Assembly: GCA_028821235.1 (NCBI GenBank)
Contig: JAPPGV010000161.1
Coordinates: 291-64,290 of the forward strand
Length of the DNA: 64,000 nt
Source: a bacterium
GTDB lineage: Bacteria > Actinomycetota > Acidimicrobiia > Spongiisociales > Spongiisociaceae
Direction of reading: 5' to 3'
A program made the translations under genes and the position numbers. Position 1 is the stretch's first letter, and each line of letters begins with the position of its first letter. The notes beneath the pieces are model-generated. The model saw only the letters and a list, made by a program, of their open reading frames with translations, made no database searches and had not been told where the DNA came from. Positions 19,248 through 30,400 of this stretch are shown piece by piece.

Positions 19248-20592
19248 GGTCATACGAGTCCACCTAGTGGGGGCGGGCGGCGCCGGGATCGGCCCGCTCG
19301 CCAAGTTGCTGTCGGCCATGGGTCACGTCGTGTCGGGATCCGACCTGGTCGGGGGTGCCGGCCTCGAAGGGTTGGACGAGCACCGCGTGGAGACCTGGGT
19401 CGGGAGCCGTCCCGACCGGATGGCGGAGTGCCACCTGGTAGTGGCCTCATCGGCCGTTCCCGTTACGGACCCGGAGTTGGTGGCAGCGGGAGAGGCCGGG
19501 GTCACGGTGTGGGATCGTCCGCGCCTGCTCCACGAGATGACCGGTCGGATTCCGACCCTCGGTTTCACCGGCACGCACGGCAAGACCACCTCCACGGCCC
19601 TGGCGGTGACAGCGACGAGAGCCCTGGGGATAGACGCGTCCTTCATCGTGGGCGGTGACCTGGGGGGTTCCGGTGACAACGCCCACCTCGGCGAGGCGGA
19701 CCTCCTGATTCTCGAGGCCGACGAGGCGTTCGGAACCTTCGCCCATCTGGTCCTGGCCGGGCTTGTGGTCACCAATGTCGACTCCGACCACCTGGACCAC
19801 TTCGGGACGCAGGAGCACCTGGAGGATGCCTTCCGGGATGTAGTCGACCGAGTCGACGGTCCCGTGGTGGTAGGGGTGGACGACCCGGGCGGACGACGCC
19901 TGGCTGAGCGGACCGGGCGGCCCGGGTACGGCACGTCCCCCGATGCGGTCTGGAGGATCTCGGATGTCGAGCCCGGTCCCGGGTCCGTGTCCTTCCGGCT
20001 CGGCGGCCGGTTCCCTCCCGGATCGGTGACGGTGGGCAGGCCCGGCCTGCATACCGCCCGCAACGCCTGTGGCGTGCTCGCTCTGCTGTCCGAGCTCGAC
20101 TATGACCTGGCAGCTGCCATCGAGAGCCTGCCGCGCTTCGAGGGGGTGCGCCGCCGGCTCGAACATCGGGCCACGGTGGGCGGGGTGACCATCATCGACA
20201 GCTACGCCCACCATCCCGCCGAGGTGAAGGCAGACATCCAGGCCCTTGCCCCGGTGGATCGGAACCGGCTCTGGGTGGTGTTCCAACCCCATCTCTACTC
20301 GAGGACGGCGGCGTTGGCTTCCGAGTTCGGGGAAGCGCTCGCCGGGGCGGACCGGGTGGTGGTGACCGACATCTACGGGGCCCGTGAGGCGCCCCGGCCG
20401 GGAGTCACCGGCGAGTTGGTGGCCGACTCGGTCGATGACCGGCACCGGGCCGTGAGCTACGTCCCTGGCCTGGAGGAGGCGGCGGATCTGGTCGCCGGGG
20501 AGGTCCGGCCGCATGATTTGGTCCTCACGTTGGGCGCCGGTGACATCACCACGCTGCCGGACCGCCTGGTCGACCGGCTGGCGGCGCGCTGA
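19222..20592 (+). CDS. murC: UDP-N-acetylmuramate--L-alanine ligase
   Basis: VGAGGAGIGPLA Rossmann-like N-terminus, P-loop GTHGKTTST. Start is either ATG 19222 or 19231. Confidence 0.9.
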   Translation: MARMSRLDEVIRVHLVGAGGAGIGPLAKLLSAMGHVVSGSDLVGGAGLEGLDEHRVETWVGSRPDRMAECHLVVASSAVPVTDPELVAAGEAGVTVWDRPRLLHEMTGRIPTLGFTGTHGKTTSTALAVTATRALGIDASFIVGGDLGGSGDNAHLGEADLLILEADEAFGTFAHLVLAGLVVTNVDSDHLDHFGTQEHLEDAFRDVVDRVDGPVVVGVDDPGGRRLAERTGRPGYGTSPDAVWRISDVEPGPGSVSFRLGGRFPPGSVTVGRPGLHTARNACGVLALLSELDYDLAAAIESLPRFEGVRRRLEHRATVGGVTIIDSYAHHPAEVKADIQALAPVDRNRLWVVFQPHLYSRTAALASEFGEALAGADRVVVTDIYGAREAPRPGVTGELVADSVDDRHRAVSYVPGLEEAADLVAGEVRPHDLVLTLGAGDITTLPDRLVDRLAAR

Positions 20593-21527
20593 TGGAGGGC
20601 TGGGATGGACTCGTCGCCGGAGGCCGTGTCCGGGCGGAGGTGGAGCTGTCCCGGCTCACCACGTACAAGCTGGGCGGGCCGGCCCGCTGGTTCTGCGATC
20701 CCGGTTCGGTGGAGGAGTTGCGGTCGGTGTCGCTCGCGGCCCGGGCGCGCGGGATCGAGATGGTCGTCATGGGACGGGGAAGCAACCTGGTGGTGTCCGA
20801 CGAGGGATTCCCCGGTCTGGTGATCCGGCTGGGCGCAGGGTTCAGGCAGGTGGCGGTGGATCGGGAGGCGCGGATCGTCAGGGCGGGTGCGGCCGTCAGC
20901 CTGCCCGTGCTGGCTCGGCGGATGGCGGACGAGTCCCTGGCCGGGCTGGAGTTCTACGTCGGCATTCCCGGTTCGGTGGGAGGGGCGGTTCGCATGAACG
21001 CCGGATTCTTCGGCGTGGAGACCGTTGACGTGATCAGGTCGGCGTCGATCCTGGATGCCGGTTCGGGGTCGGTGATCGAACGGGAGGCCGGCGGGCTCGG
21101 GCTTGGCTACCGGACCAGCAATCTGGGCCCCGATGAAGTCGTGCTGGATGCTTCCTTCTCGGTGCGTGACGGGGATCGGGAGCGGATCGCGGCGCTGATG
21201 CGGCAGGCGATCCGTTGGCGGCGCGATCATCAGCCCGGCGGAACCCTCAACGCCGGTAGCGTGTTCCGCAACCCACCGGGTGACAGCGCCGGCCGGATCA
21301 TCGACGCGCTGGGGCTGAAGGGAATGCGCCGTGGTGGCGCACATGTCTCGCCGAAGCACGCCAACTTCTTCGTCGTGGATCCGGGGGGCACGGCGCAGGA
21401 TGTATTCGGCCTGGTCCGGGACGTGAGGCAACTGGTACTCGACAGGACGGGAATCCTGCTGGAACCGGAGGTGAGGTTCATCGGGTTTCCGCAGGATGGG
21501 GCAAGGCCTAGAGGAAACCGGGATTGA
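20592..21527 (+). CDS. murB: UDP-N-acetylenolpyruvoylglucosamine reductase
   Basis: FAD-binding region GRGSNLVVSD, AGSVFRNP, HANFFVV. The start overlaps the murC stop. Confidence 0.85.
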   Translation: MEGWDGLVAGGRVRAEVELSRLTTYKLGGPARWFCDPGSVEELRSVSLAARARGIEMVVMGRGSNLVVSDEGFPGLVIRLGAGFRQVAVDREARIVRAGAAVSLPVLARRMADESLAGLEFYVGIPGSVGGAVRMNAGFFGVETVDVIRSASILDAGSGSVIEREAGGLGLGYRTSNLGPDEVVLDASFSVRDGDRERIAALMRQAIRWRRDHQPGGTLNAGSVFRNPPGDSAGRIIDALGLKGMRRGGAHVSPKHANFFVVDPGGTAQDVFGLVRDVRQLVLDRTGILLEPEVRFIGFPQDGARPRGNRD

Positions 21528-22336
21528 CCATCGAGCCCCGCATCAAACGTCGGCGCCAGGAGGTCGCCGAACAGCAGGCTCGGGCTCGCATCCGGAGGTC
21601 CATCTGGATGCTGGTAATCATGGCCTGTGCCGGTGGTGTGGCGTGGTTCCTGGTGTCCCCGTTCATGAGTGTCGAGGAAGTGGCAGTCAGCGGCGCGGTG
21701 CGGGTGCCGGTCGAGGAGATACTCCACCGGAGCGGGGTGGTCGAAGGCAGGCCGCTGGTCACCATCCGGGCATCCACGGTGGAATCGGACCTCATGGAGG
21801 ACCCCAGGATCGCAGCCGCCTCCGTGAAGCTCGTGTTCCCCACCCGCGTCGAAGTGGTGTTGCGAGAGCGGGTGGACACCGCCTGGATCGACTTGGGGGA
21901 CAGGTGGGGCGTTCTGGCCGACGATGGAGTGGTGCTCGCATATGCGTCCACGCCCACCACCAGGCTCCCGCAGATACGGGTGGTCACCGATGACCCCGGC
22001 CTGGGCGTCAGGATCGAAGCCCCGGAGGTGAGCGGAGCGCTGGACTTCATCGCAGCCCTGCCCGGTCACCTGGCCGAGCGGAGCCTCTTCGAGGCCAGCG
22101 ATGGCGAACTCTGGGTCTGGGTGGGTAATCGGATAGCCCGGCTCGGCCTGCCGAGCGACATGGCGGCGAAGGCGACCTCGCTACTCACGATCCTCGACAC
22201 CGCCCCGGTCGGCCTCATCGATGTCACAGCCCCGAGCCGTCCTGCAGTCCGGCCCTGGAAGTCGGTCGGTAATACCCTGCCCGGACTCGAATACCTTAAA
22301 TCTCAACTAGAAGCAGAGATTTATCTAGAACCTTAA
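21524..22336 (+). CDS. ftsQ: cell division protein FtsQ
   Basis: Basic N-terminus, one TM helix (IWMLVIMACAGGVAWFLV), POTRA-like segment; lies before ftsZ. The last roughly 13 codons run into an AT-rich hairpin region. Confidence 0.75.
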   Translation: MTIEPRIKRRRQEVAEQQARARIRRSIWMLVIMACAGGVAWFLVSPFMSVEEVAVSGAVRVPVEEILHRSGVVEGRPLVTIRASTVESDLMEDPRIAAASVKLVFPTRVEVVLRERVDTAWIDLGDRWGVLADDGVVLAYASTPTTRLPQIRVVTDDPGLGVRIEAPEVSGALDFIAALPGHLAERSLFEASDGELWVWVGNRIARLGLPSDMAAKATSLLTILDTAPVGLIDVTAPSRPAVRPWKSVGNTLPGLEYLKSQLEAEIYLEP

Positions 22337-22436
22337 GGAATCGGATGGCGTATGCTTCCGAGTCTCCACTAGAACGCGAAACTTTGCCTGTAGGATTGGG
22401 TCCGTCCGGAGCGGACTGCCAATGCCGAAGCGGTGA

Positions 22437-23531
22437 ATGGAAGGAACGACGCACCCAATGACCGTTATCAACGAAAGCCCCCTCCGTAGCTACGTGGCTG
22501 TCATCAAGGTGGTCGGGGTAGGTGGCGGCGGTACGAACGCCGTCAACCGGATGATCGAGGCCGGAATCCGGGGAGTGGAGTTCATAGCCGTGAACACGGA
22601 CGCCCAGGCGCTGCTCATGTCGGACGCCGATGTGAAGCTCAACATCGGTGGCGAGCTCACGAAGGGACTCGGCGCCGGCGCGGACCCGTCGGTGGGGAAG
22701 ACCGCCGCCGAGGACAACAGGGAACAGATCGAGGAGGCGCTGGCCGGCTCGGATCTCGTATTCGTGACCGCCGGCGAGGGCGGGGGGACCGGAACGGGCG
22801 CTGCTCCCGTGGTGGCCGACATCGCCCGCGACCTCGATGCGTTGACCGTCGCGGTCGTCACCAGGCCCTTCGGGTTCGAGGGCCATCGCCGTTCCAAGCT
22901 GGCCGAGCAGGGCATCGCCGCGCTCAGGGAGGCGGTTGACGCCATGATCGTCATCCCGAACGACAACCTGCTCGAGGAGGCCGATCGCTCCACCACGATG
23001 ATGGAGGCCTTCGCGATGGCCGACCAGGTGTTAACGGACGGGGTGAACGGCATCGCCCAGATAATCACCACGCCGGGCCTCATCAACGTGGACTTCGCGG
23101 ATGTCAAGACGGTTCTCGGCGGAGCAGGTGCTGCCGTGCTCGGCATCGGACGGGCATCGGGCGAGAGCCGGGCGCTGCAGGCAGCCCAGCAGGCGATGTC
23201 CAGCCCCCTGCTCGAAACCACGATGGACGGGGCCAAGGGCGTCCTGCTCTCGATCTGCGGCCCGCCCGACATGACCCTGGCGGAGGTGAGCGAGGCGGCC
23301 ATGGCCGTTCAGGAGCACGCCGAGTCCGACGCCCAGATCATCTTCGGGGCCACGTCCGACGAGTCGGTCGGCCAGGAGGTACGTGTCACCGTCATCGCCG
23401 CCGGCGTGGGGTCGCCTTCCGCCGGTCCGTCCGGGCCGGGCGCGCGCTCCCGTTACTCCGACCGATCGGAGACCGTCTTCCGCTCGGACGAGGATGATCC
23501 GCTGGACATCCCCGACTGGCTCCGGGAATAG
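22437..23531 (+). CDS. ftsZ: cell division GTPase FtsZ
   Basis: Tubulin signature [20 protein letters not shown]. The start could instead be ATG 22458, which has a better-placed ggaagga SD-like sequence. Confidence 0.95.
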   Translation: MEGTTHPMTVINESPLRSYVAVIKVVGVGGGGTNAVNRMIEAGIRGVEFIAVNTDAQALLMSDADVKLNIGGELTKGLGAGADPSVGKTAAEDNREQIEEALAGSDLVFVTAGEGGGTGTGAAPVVADIARDLDALTVAVVTRPFGFEGHRRSKLAEQGIAALREAVDAMIVIPNDNLLEEADRSTTMMEAFAMADQVLTDGVNGIAQIITTPGLINVDFADVKTVLGGAGAAVLGIGRASGESRALQAAQQAMSSPLLETTMDGAKGVLLSICGPPDMTLAEVSEAAMAVQEHAESDAQIIFGATSDESVGQEVRVTVIAAGVGSPSAGPSGPGARSRYSDRSETVFRSDEDDPLDIPDWLRE

Positions 23532-23571
23532 AGGGCACCCGGAGACGCCGGGAGACCCCGGCGGGTTGACC

Positions 23572-24201
23572 ATGCTGATCCGGCCTCCCGGGTTCCGCGG
23601 CGCCGCTTTCACCACGGCCGCGGCGGGCGACATGTTGTCCGGCGATCGCGGGGAAGTGTCAGGGACGCTCGGGATCCGGGCGGAATGGGCTTCGCTCCGG
23701 CAGGTTCATGGATCGGACGTCCTGACCGCTACCGAACCGGGCCGCGCCGGCCCGGGCGATGCCCTGGTCTCCGGCATCCGGGATCTCCCGCTGGCGGTGA
23801 TGACCGCCGACTGCGTGGGCGTGGTCCTCGAGACCGAGGATGCCGTGGGTGTCGCTCACGCCGGATGGAGGGGGGTGGTGGCAGGCGTGGTGGCTGCGGC
23901 AGCCCGCCGTCTGGAGGGCCTGGGCAGGCGGCCAGGCCCGGTGCTGAGGGCGGCCACGGGCCCGCTGATCGGGCCATGCTGTTTCGAGGTCGGGCCGGAG
24001 GTCGCCGGGTTGTTCCATGACCGCCACGTCAAGTCCATCGGCGGCATGACGACGGTGGATCTGGCGACCGCCGTCCGGGAACAGGTCCCGGAGGCCGAAT
24101 GGTGGTCGGTCGAGGCGTGTACTCGCTGCGAGGAGGGCTGGTTCTCGTTCCGGGCCGACCGCACCGAGCACCGGCTGGCGGCCCTGGGATGGATACCGTG
24201 A
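23572..24201 (+). CDS. pgeF: YfiH/PgeF (laccase-domain, DUF152) family protein
   Basis: Start at ATG 23572. Conserved MTADCVGV, HAGWRG, GPCCFEVG contexts. Position after ftsZ. Confidence 0.8.
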   Translation: MLIRPPGFRGAAFTTAAAGDMLSGDRGEVSGTLGIRAEWASLRQVHGSDVLTATEPGRAGPGDALVSGIRDLPLAVMTADCVGVVLETEDAVGVAHAGWRGVVAGVVAAAARRLEGLGRRPGPVLRAATGPLIGPCCFEVGPEVAGLFHDRHVKSIGGMTTVDLATAVREQVPEAEWWSVEACTRCEEGWFSFRADRTEHRLAALGWIP

Positions 24202-24857
24202 GCGTTGCCGCCCGTCTCCGCGAGGTCGTCCGGCGCGTCGATGAGGCTGCGCGCCGCTCGGGCCGGGACCGCGACGACGTGAAGATCGTGGCGATCGGCA
24301 AGGGCCGCCCACCCGCCGTACTGGAGGAAGCCGTCGCCGCCGGACATCGGGTGTTCGGGGAGAACCGGGGGCAGGAGTTGGCGTCGAAGGCCGGCCGGCT
24401 CCCGAGCAACCTCGAGTGGCACTTCGTGGGTCCGCTCCAGACCAACAAGGTGCGCATCGTCCGGCCCTTGGTGTCGCTCTTGCATTCCTTCGACCGGGAC
24501 CGGCTGGTGAAGCCGTGGCTGCGGGGAGAGGACCGGCCCCCACCGACCCTGCTCCAGGTCAATATCGGGCAGGAGCCCCAGAAGTCTGGAGTCGACCCCC
24601 GACTCGTGGTCGAGACTTTCGAGCGGTGGGAGTCGGCGGGGGTCCCGCTGACCGGGGTGATGGCGATACCTCCGATGGGCGCCATACCCGAGGATTCCCG
24701 GCCCTACTTCGTCCGTATGCGTGAGATCAGGGACGAGTTGTCCGCCCGGTTGGAGCGGCCGATGGCCCTTAGCATGGGGATGACGGACGATTTCGAGGTG
24801 GCGATCGAGGAAGGATCCACCATCGTCCGCATCGGACGGGCTATCTTTGGGGTCTGA
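24189..24857 (+). CDS. yggS: YggS-family pyridoxal-phosphate homeostasis protein
   Basis: Start at ATG 24189 (MDTVSVAARL). HFVGPLQTNKV and MGMTDDFEVAIEEGSTIVRIGRAIFG. Confidence 0.85.
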   Translation: MDTVSVAARLREVVRRVDEAARRSGRDRDDVKIVAIGKGRPPAVLEEAVAAGHRVFGENRGQELASKAGRLPSNLEWHFVGPLQTNKVRIVRPLVSLLHSFDRDRLVKPWLRGEDRPPPTLLQVNIGQEPQKSGVDPRLVVETFERWESAGVPLTGVMAIPPMGAIPEDSRPYFVRMREIRDELSARLERPMALSMGMTDDFEVAIEEGSTIVRIGRAIFGV

Positions 24858-24874
24858 GCCGTCGCGGTACAGAA

Positions 24875-25429
24875 ATGAGCGCCATGAACAAACTGCTGAC
24901 ATGGATGGGTCTCGTGGACGAAGGAGAGCCCGCCCTGAACCCTGGTTATGGAACCAGGCCCGATATGCCCAGCCGCCGGCCTCCGCCGCGGAGCCAGTTC
25001 CGCATAGTGGACGACCAGCCACCCACATCGGGAGACCGGAGCTCACGGATCGCCGAGCCGGTCCCCCCCTACCAGCGGCCTGCGGTGGTTTCCGCCCGGG
25101 GTGACTCGGATGTCATCGTGCGGGGTCCGGAGGCGGCCGTCATCTCGGCCAGCTACACCGAGATACTCGAGGCCCGCGGCTTCGATGACGTGAGGAAGGT
25201 CGCCGACGTGCTCCGGGAACAGGTTCCGGTGGTGGTGAACCTGAAGAGCCTCGATCCTCCGACGGTACGGAGGTTGGTCGACTTCCTGTGCGGACTGGTG
25301 TACGCGCTGGAGGGGACGATCCAGAAACCGGCCGCGGGAGTCTTGCTGGTGCGCCCTCCGAGGGTGACGATCACCCGGCAGGAGCTACAGCGCCTGGCCT
25401 CCCTGGGCCTGTACGACATCGACGTCTGA
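24875..25429 (+). CDS. sepF: cell division protein SepF
   Basis: N-terminal MNKLLTWMGLVDE, disordered linker, C-terminal SepF core (VPVVVNLKSLDPPTVRRLVDFLCGLVYALEG). Confidence 0.85.
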   Translation: MSAMNKLLTWMGLVDEGEPALNPGYGTRPDMPSRRPPPRSQFRIVDDQPPTSGDRSSRIAEPVPPYQRPAVVSARGDSDVIVRGPEAAVISASYTEILEARGFDDVRKVADVLREQVPVVVNLKSLDPPTVRRLVDFLCGLVYALEGTIQKPAAGVLLVRPPRVTITRQELQRLASLGLYDIDV

Positions 25430-25436
25430 GGCGGGC

Positions 25437-25694
25437 TTGATCCGGCTGATCTGCAATCTGCTGCAGCTCTACGTGGTTGCGATCGTCGCCCGGGCCGTGC
25501 TGAGTTGGGTCGAGGTTCCCGGGGATCACCCGGTCGGCCGCGCGGTGGCGGTGCTCTCGCGGATCGTGGATCCGCCGCTCCGGCCGCTCCGGCGGTCCCT
25601 TCCCGCCATTCCTGTGGGTGGGGTCAGGCTGGACCTGTCCCCGATCATCCTGATAGTGGCGATAATGATCGTGGCGAGGATCATATGCGGATGA
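25437..25694 (+). CDS. yggT: YggT-family membrane protein
   Basis: 85 aa, two hydrophobic helices, conserved position after sepF. Non-ATG start per the ORF track. Confidence 0.7.
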   Translation: MIRLICNLLQLYVVAIVARAVLSWVEVPGDHPVGRAVAVLSRIVDPPLRPLRRSLPAIPVGGVRLDLSPIILIVAIMIVARIICG

Positions 25695-25704
25695 CGAGGC
25701 TGGT

Positions 25705-26103
25705 ATGCGGATAACTTCGAACGAGGTCCAGGCGGTCAAGTTCTCGGTCGCCCTGCGCGGATACGCCGCGGACGAGGTGGACGCCTTTCTCGAGATCGTG
25801 GTCAAGACGATCTCCGAGTACGAGGGCCAACATGATCGGCTGCAGCGTGAGGTCGGCCGGTTGCGGACGGCGCTCGACGAATGCCGGGAGAACCGGATCG
25901 CCGAGGGTTCCGGCAAGGCCCGGACCGTGGTGACCGTCCAGGCCGATGAGGCGGTGGCCCGGGTTCGGGACATGATCGACGAGGCCGCCCGGACATCGGA
26001 GCAGATGGTCGAGAACGTGCTGGAGGCGGGTGAACACCTGCTGGACCAATTCCGCGCCGCGATGACCCCCGGAGCGCAGCAGGACGGTCCCGTCCCGCGT
26101 TGA
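25705..26103 (+). CDS. DivIVA-domain protein (short)
   Basis: N-terminal ITSNEVQAVKFSVALRGYAADEVDAFLE (DivIVA lipid-binding domain) followed by a coiled-coil. Confidence 0.75.
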   Translation: MRITSNEVQAVKFSVALRGYAADEVDAFLEIVVKTISEYEGQHDRLQREVGRLRTALDECRENRIAEGSGKARTVVTVQADEAVARVRDMIDEAARTSEQMVENVLEAGEHLLDQFRAAMTPGAQQDGPVPR

Positions 26104-26128
26104 ACAGCGGTCCGCCGAGGGGTTCCAG

Positions 26129-27421
26129 ATGCCGCTTCCGTCCTCCGAGGGGTCGCCTCCCGTGACATCCCTGCCCCGGCGCGCCGACGTGGCGGTGATC
26201 GGGGGCGGCGTGGTCGGGTTGTGCGTAGCGTACGAGTTGGCGGCGCACGGCCGCCAGGTGGTCGTGATCGACGGGGGACCGATCGCACGCGGTAGCGCCG
26301 CGGGCAACGCCGGGCTGATCACCCCGAGTCATCTGATCCCCATGGCCGCCCCCGGCGTGCTGTCCGGTGTGGTGCGGGGGATGATCCGGCGCACCGGGCC
26401 GGTGACGGTGCGTCCGTCCGTCGACCCGTCGTACCTGCGCTGGATGGTCCGGTTCGCGCTCAAATGCACTTCCCGTGCAGCCGAGGCCGGGGCTGTCGCC
26501 CTGCGCGCCCTCGGGTTCTTGAGCGCTGACCTGGCGGTGGAGTGGATCGAACGGGACGGGATCGAGTGCGGCTACCGCCGGCTCGGGCTCTATCACGTCT
26601 ACGGAGACCCCGGGGCCTTCGCCGCGGCGCGGCACGAGGCCGACACGATGGAGCGTCACGGCGTGGCCATCGAGAGATACGGCGCCGCCGAACTCCGCGA
26701 GCGGGAGCCGGCGCTGGACGAGGGCATCATCGGGGGGTTCCGGTGCGTGGACGACGCCGGTCTGGATCCCGCCCGCTTCATGGCCGGAATCGTGTCGGTG
26801 CTGTCGGGACGCGGGGTGGTGTTCGTCCCCCGGACGACGTTGCTGGACTTCCGGACCTCGGACGGCGCGGTGGACAGGCTGGTGACCTCGCGGGGCGACC
26901 TGGCGGCTGACGAGGTCGTGATAGCCACCGGCGCGTGGACCCCCGGGGTGGCCACGCTGCTCGGCGAGTCGGTACCCATACAGGCCGGCAAGGGATACAG
27001 CATGACGGTGGCGGCGCCTCGCCGGGGCCCTCGCACCAACCTCCTGATAGGAGACAGGTGGGTGGCGGTGAACCCGATGGGAGACCTGCTGAGGATGAGC
27101 GGCTGGCTGGAACTGGGGCGCCTCGATACCCGGCCCTCGCTCCGGCGGCTGGCGCAGATCGAGGCGAACGTCCGATCCCGCGTGCGGCTCGATCCCGAGC
27201 TCACCGTGCTGGAGAGATGGGCCGGTCTGCGACCGGTTACGCCCGACGGGCTTCCCATAATCGGTCGGTCGCCCGGCTGGCGCAACGTCACCTACGCCGT
27301 CGGGCACGGCAAGCTCGGCCTGTCGCTCGGGCCGGTGACCGGCCGGCTGGTGGCCCAGACCGTCTGCGACCGACCCACCGACCTCGAGCTGGATCCTTTC
27401 TCGCCCCGCCGATTCGGCTAG
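26129..27421 (+). CDS. FAD-dependent oxidoreductase (DAO / D-amino-acid dehydrogenase-like)
   Basis: Dinucleotide-binding motif VAVIGGGVVGLCVAYELA; length and layout of the DAO family. Confidence 0.8.
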   Translation: MPLPSSEGSPPVTSLPRRADVAVIGGGVVGLCVAYELAAHGRQVVVIDGGPIARGSAAGNAGLITPSHLIPMAAPGVLSGVVRGMIRRTGPVTVRPSVDPSYLRWMVRFALKCTSRAAEAGAVALRALGFLSADLAVEWIERDGIECGYRRLGLYHVYGDPGAFAAARHEADTMERHGVAIERYGAAELREREPALDEGIIGGFRCVDDAGLDPARFMAGIVSVLSGRGVVFVPRTTLLDFRTSDGAVDRLVTSRGDLAADEVVIATGAWTPGVATLLGESVPIQAGKGYSMTVAAPRRGPRTNLLIGDRWVAVNPMGDLLRMSGWLELGRLDTRPSLRRLAQIEANVRSRVRLDPELTVLERWAGLRPVTPDGLPIIGRSPGWRNVTYAVGHGKLGLSLGPVTGRLVAQTVCDRPTDLELDPFSPRRFG

Positions 27422-27425
27422 AGGG

Positions 27426-30400
27426 CTAGCCGGCCTTCTCGAGGCGCACCGACAGGGTGCTCTGGCCGATCTCGAATCTGGTCCCGCCCTCCATGGGTCC
27501 GGAGAGGATCGCCACCGCCAGCACCTCGCCGGCGATGAAGTCGGCATGGGTGTCGATGGCCTCGTAGAGGAGGTCGTCCTCGGTGTGGTACCGGAGCCGG
27601 ATCCGGTCGGTCACCTCGAGCCCGAGGTCGCGTCGGGCGCGCTGGATCCGTGACACCACCTCGCGGGCCAGGCCCTCGCTCCGTAGCTCGCCGGTCAGCA
27701 CCGTGTCGAGCGCCACCGACAGCGAGCCATCCGATGCCACCGCCAATCCCGGACGGGGGTTCCTGGTGATGACCACGTCGTCGGCGCTCAACTCGTGCCC
27801 GGCGACGGTCATCCCGCCGGCCTCGAGCAGGGACGCCACCTGTTCCGAGGGCAGGGCGGCCAGCGCGGCGGCGACCTCCCGGACCGCGGCGCCGAGGCGG
27901 GGACCGAGGCGCTTGTAGTTGGCCTTGGCCGCCAACTCGACCACCGACAGCTCGTCATCACGGGTGCCGATCTCCTTGACGTTCAACTCCTCGGCGATCA
28001 CCGCGCCGTGACGACGAACCGCGGCCGTCACCTCCGGATCGCGCGTGATGACCGCCAGCCGCGCCAGCGGCTGGCGAACGCCGATCGAGTGATCCGAACG
28101 GAGCGACCGCCCGAGCGTCACCACCGTGCGGGCCACGTCCATCGTCCGTTCGAGGTCCTCGTCGATCGCGCCCTCGTCCACCACCGGGTAGTCGGTGTGA
28201 TGGACGCTGGAGGCTTCCGGGACCAGGCCGGCGTGGATCTCCTCGGTTATGAAGGGCAGGACGGGCGCCAGCAGGCGGCTGAAGGTCACCAGCACCTCGT
28301 AGAGGGTGGCGAAGGCGGCTTGCTTGTCGGCCTCGTTGCCCTCACGAGCCCGCCAGAACCGGCGCCTGGACCTTCGGACGTACCAGTTGGTCAGGTCGTT
28401 GACGAAGCCGAGCGCAGGGCCCACCACGGCGTACAGGTAGTAGCCCTCCATCAACTCGTTGGTCCGCCGGATCAGCGACTGCAGGACGCTCAGTATCCAG
28501 CGGTCGATCTCGGGCCGGTCGGCGGGGGCGGGCGCCGACCGGAGGTCTTGGAACCGGATACCGTCCGCCTCGGCATAGGTGGTGAAGAAGGAATAGGCGT
28601 TCCAGAACGGCAGTATCACGGTCCGCACCACCTCGCGTACCCCCGCCTCGGAGAAGCGGAGTGGCTCGGCGCGGAGCACCGGCGAGTCGATCAGGTAGGC
28701 CCGGACGGCGTCTCCCCCGTACCGGTCCAGAACCGCGGAGGGCTCGGGGTAGTTCTTCAGGCGCTTCGACATCTTGCGCCCGTCCTCGGCCAGGATCATG
28801 CCGTTGACAACGCAGTTGCGGAAAGCCACCTCGTCGAACAGGGCGGCGGCCAGCACGTGAAGGGTGTAGAACCATCCCCGCGTCTGGTCGAGACCCTCGG
28901 CGATGAAGTCGGCTGGGAAGGTCCGCGGGAAGCGTTCCTCGTTCTCGAAGGGGTAGTGATACTGGGCGTAAGGCATCGACCCGGACTCGAACCAGCAGTC
29001 CAGCACTTCGGGCACGCGGACCATGACGCCCCCGTTCGAGCATGACGGGCACGGATAGGTCACCTCATCCACCACGTGCTTGTGGAGGTCCTCCAACCAG
29101 ACGCCGGTCCGTTCGGCCAGATCTTCCCGGCTACCCATGCATTCCTGATGGCCGCAGGAATCGCATTCCCACACCGGGATGCAGCTCCCCCAGAACCGGT
29201 TGCGGGAGACCGCCCAGTCCCGGGCGTCCTCCAGCCAGTTCCCGAACCGGTTGGCCCCCACCGGCCCCGGCACCCAGTGGATCGACCCGTTCAGCTCCAC
29301 CATCCGGTCGCGGATCGCCTCGACGCGCACGAACCAGGTCGGGATGGCCTTGTAGATGAGCGGCTGATCGGTGCGGTAGCAGAAGGGGTAGGAGTGGACG
29401 ATCCGCTCGTTCTTCAGCAGCGCTCCCGATTCCTGAAGCAGGCCGATGATGGCGTCGGCCGCTTCGAACACATGGACCCCGGCCAGGTCGGGGGTGGCGG
29501 CGGTGAACCTCGCCTCGAGGTCGACGGGATCGACGATCACATCCAGGTCTGCGTCCGCCAGCGCGTAGAGGTCCTCCTCGCCGTAGGCGGGCGCCATGTG
29601 GACCAGGCCGGTCCCCTCGTCGGTGGTCACCGAGGGGCTGCGAATAACCCGGAAGGCCCCGCGGGTGTGCCGATCCTCGAAGTAGGCGAAGGGCGGCCGG
29701 TAACGCACGCCGAGCAGCTCGGTGCCGGAGGCGACCGCAGCCGGCCGGCGGGCCTCGCCGAAGACCTCCTCCACCCGGCGGGCAGCCACCCAGTGGCGGT
29801 CACCGCGGTCCTCGACCGCCACGTACTCGATATCCGGGCCGACCGCGACCGCCAGGTTGCCGGGAAGCGTCCAGGGAGTGGTGGTCCAGATGGTCAGGTA
29901 GTCGCCGGGGCGGGCCGGCCCGCTCGGGTCAGGGGCCTCGAGGATCTCCAGGCGGACCGTGATGGCGGGATCGGGGTGGTCGCGATAGCCGCCCAGGCTC
30001 ACCTCGAAGTTGGACAGGGTGGTCCCGGCGGCCCACGAGTAGGGAAGTACCTTGAAGGCCCGGTAGACCAGGCCCTTGTCCCACAGGGCCCGGAATACCC
30101 ACCAGACGCTCTCCATGAACTCGGGGTCCATGGTCTTGTAGTCGTTCCTGAAGTCGACCCAGCGGCCGATGCGGCGGGTTATGCCCTCCCAGTCAGCGGT
30201 GGTGACCTCGACCATCCGGCGGCAGGCGTCGTTGAAGACGGTCACGCCGAGATCCTCGATCTGGCGGGGGCCCGAGATGCCGAGTTGCTGCTCGACCTCC
30301 ATCTCGACCGGCAGGCCGTGGGTGTCCCAGCCGAAGCGGCGCTCCACCCGGTGCCCTCGCATGGTCCAGTAGCGAGGGACGATGTCCTTGATGATCCCGG

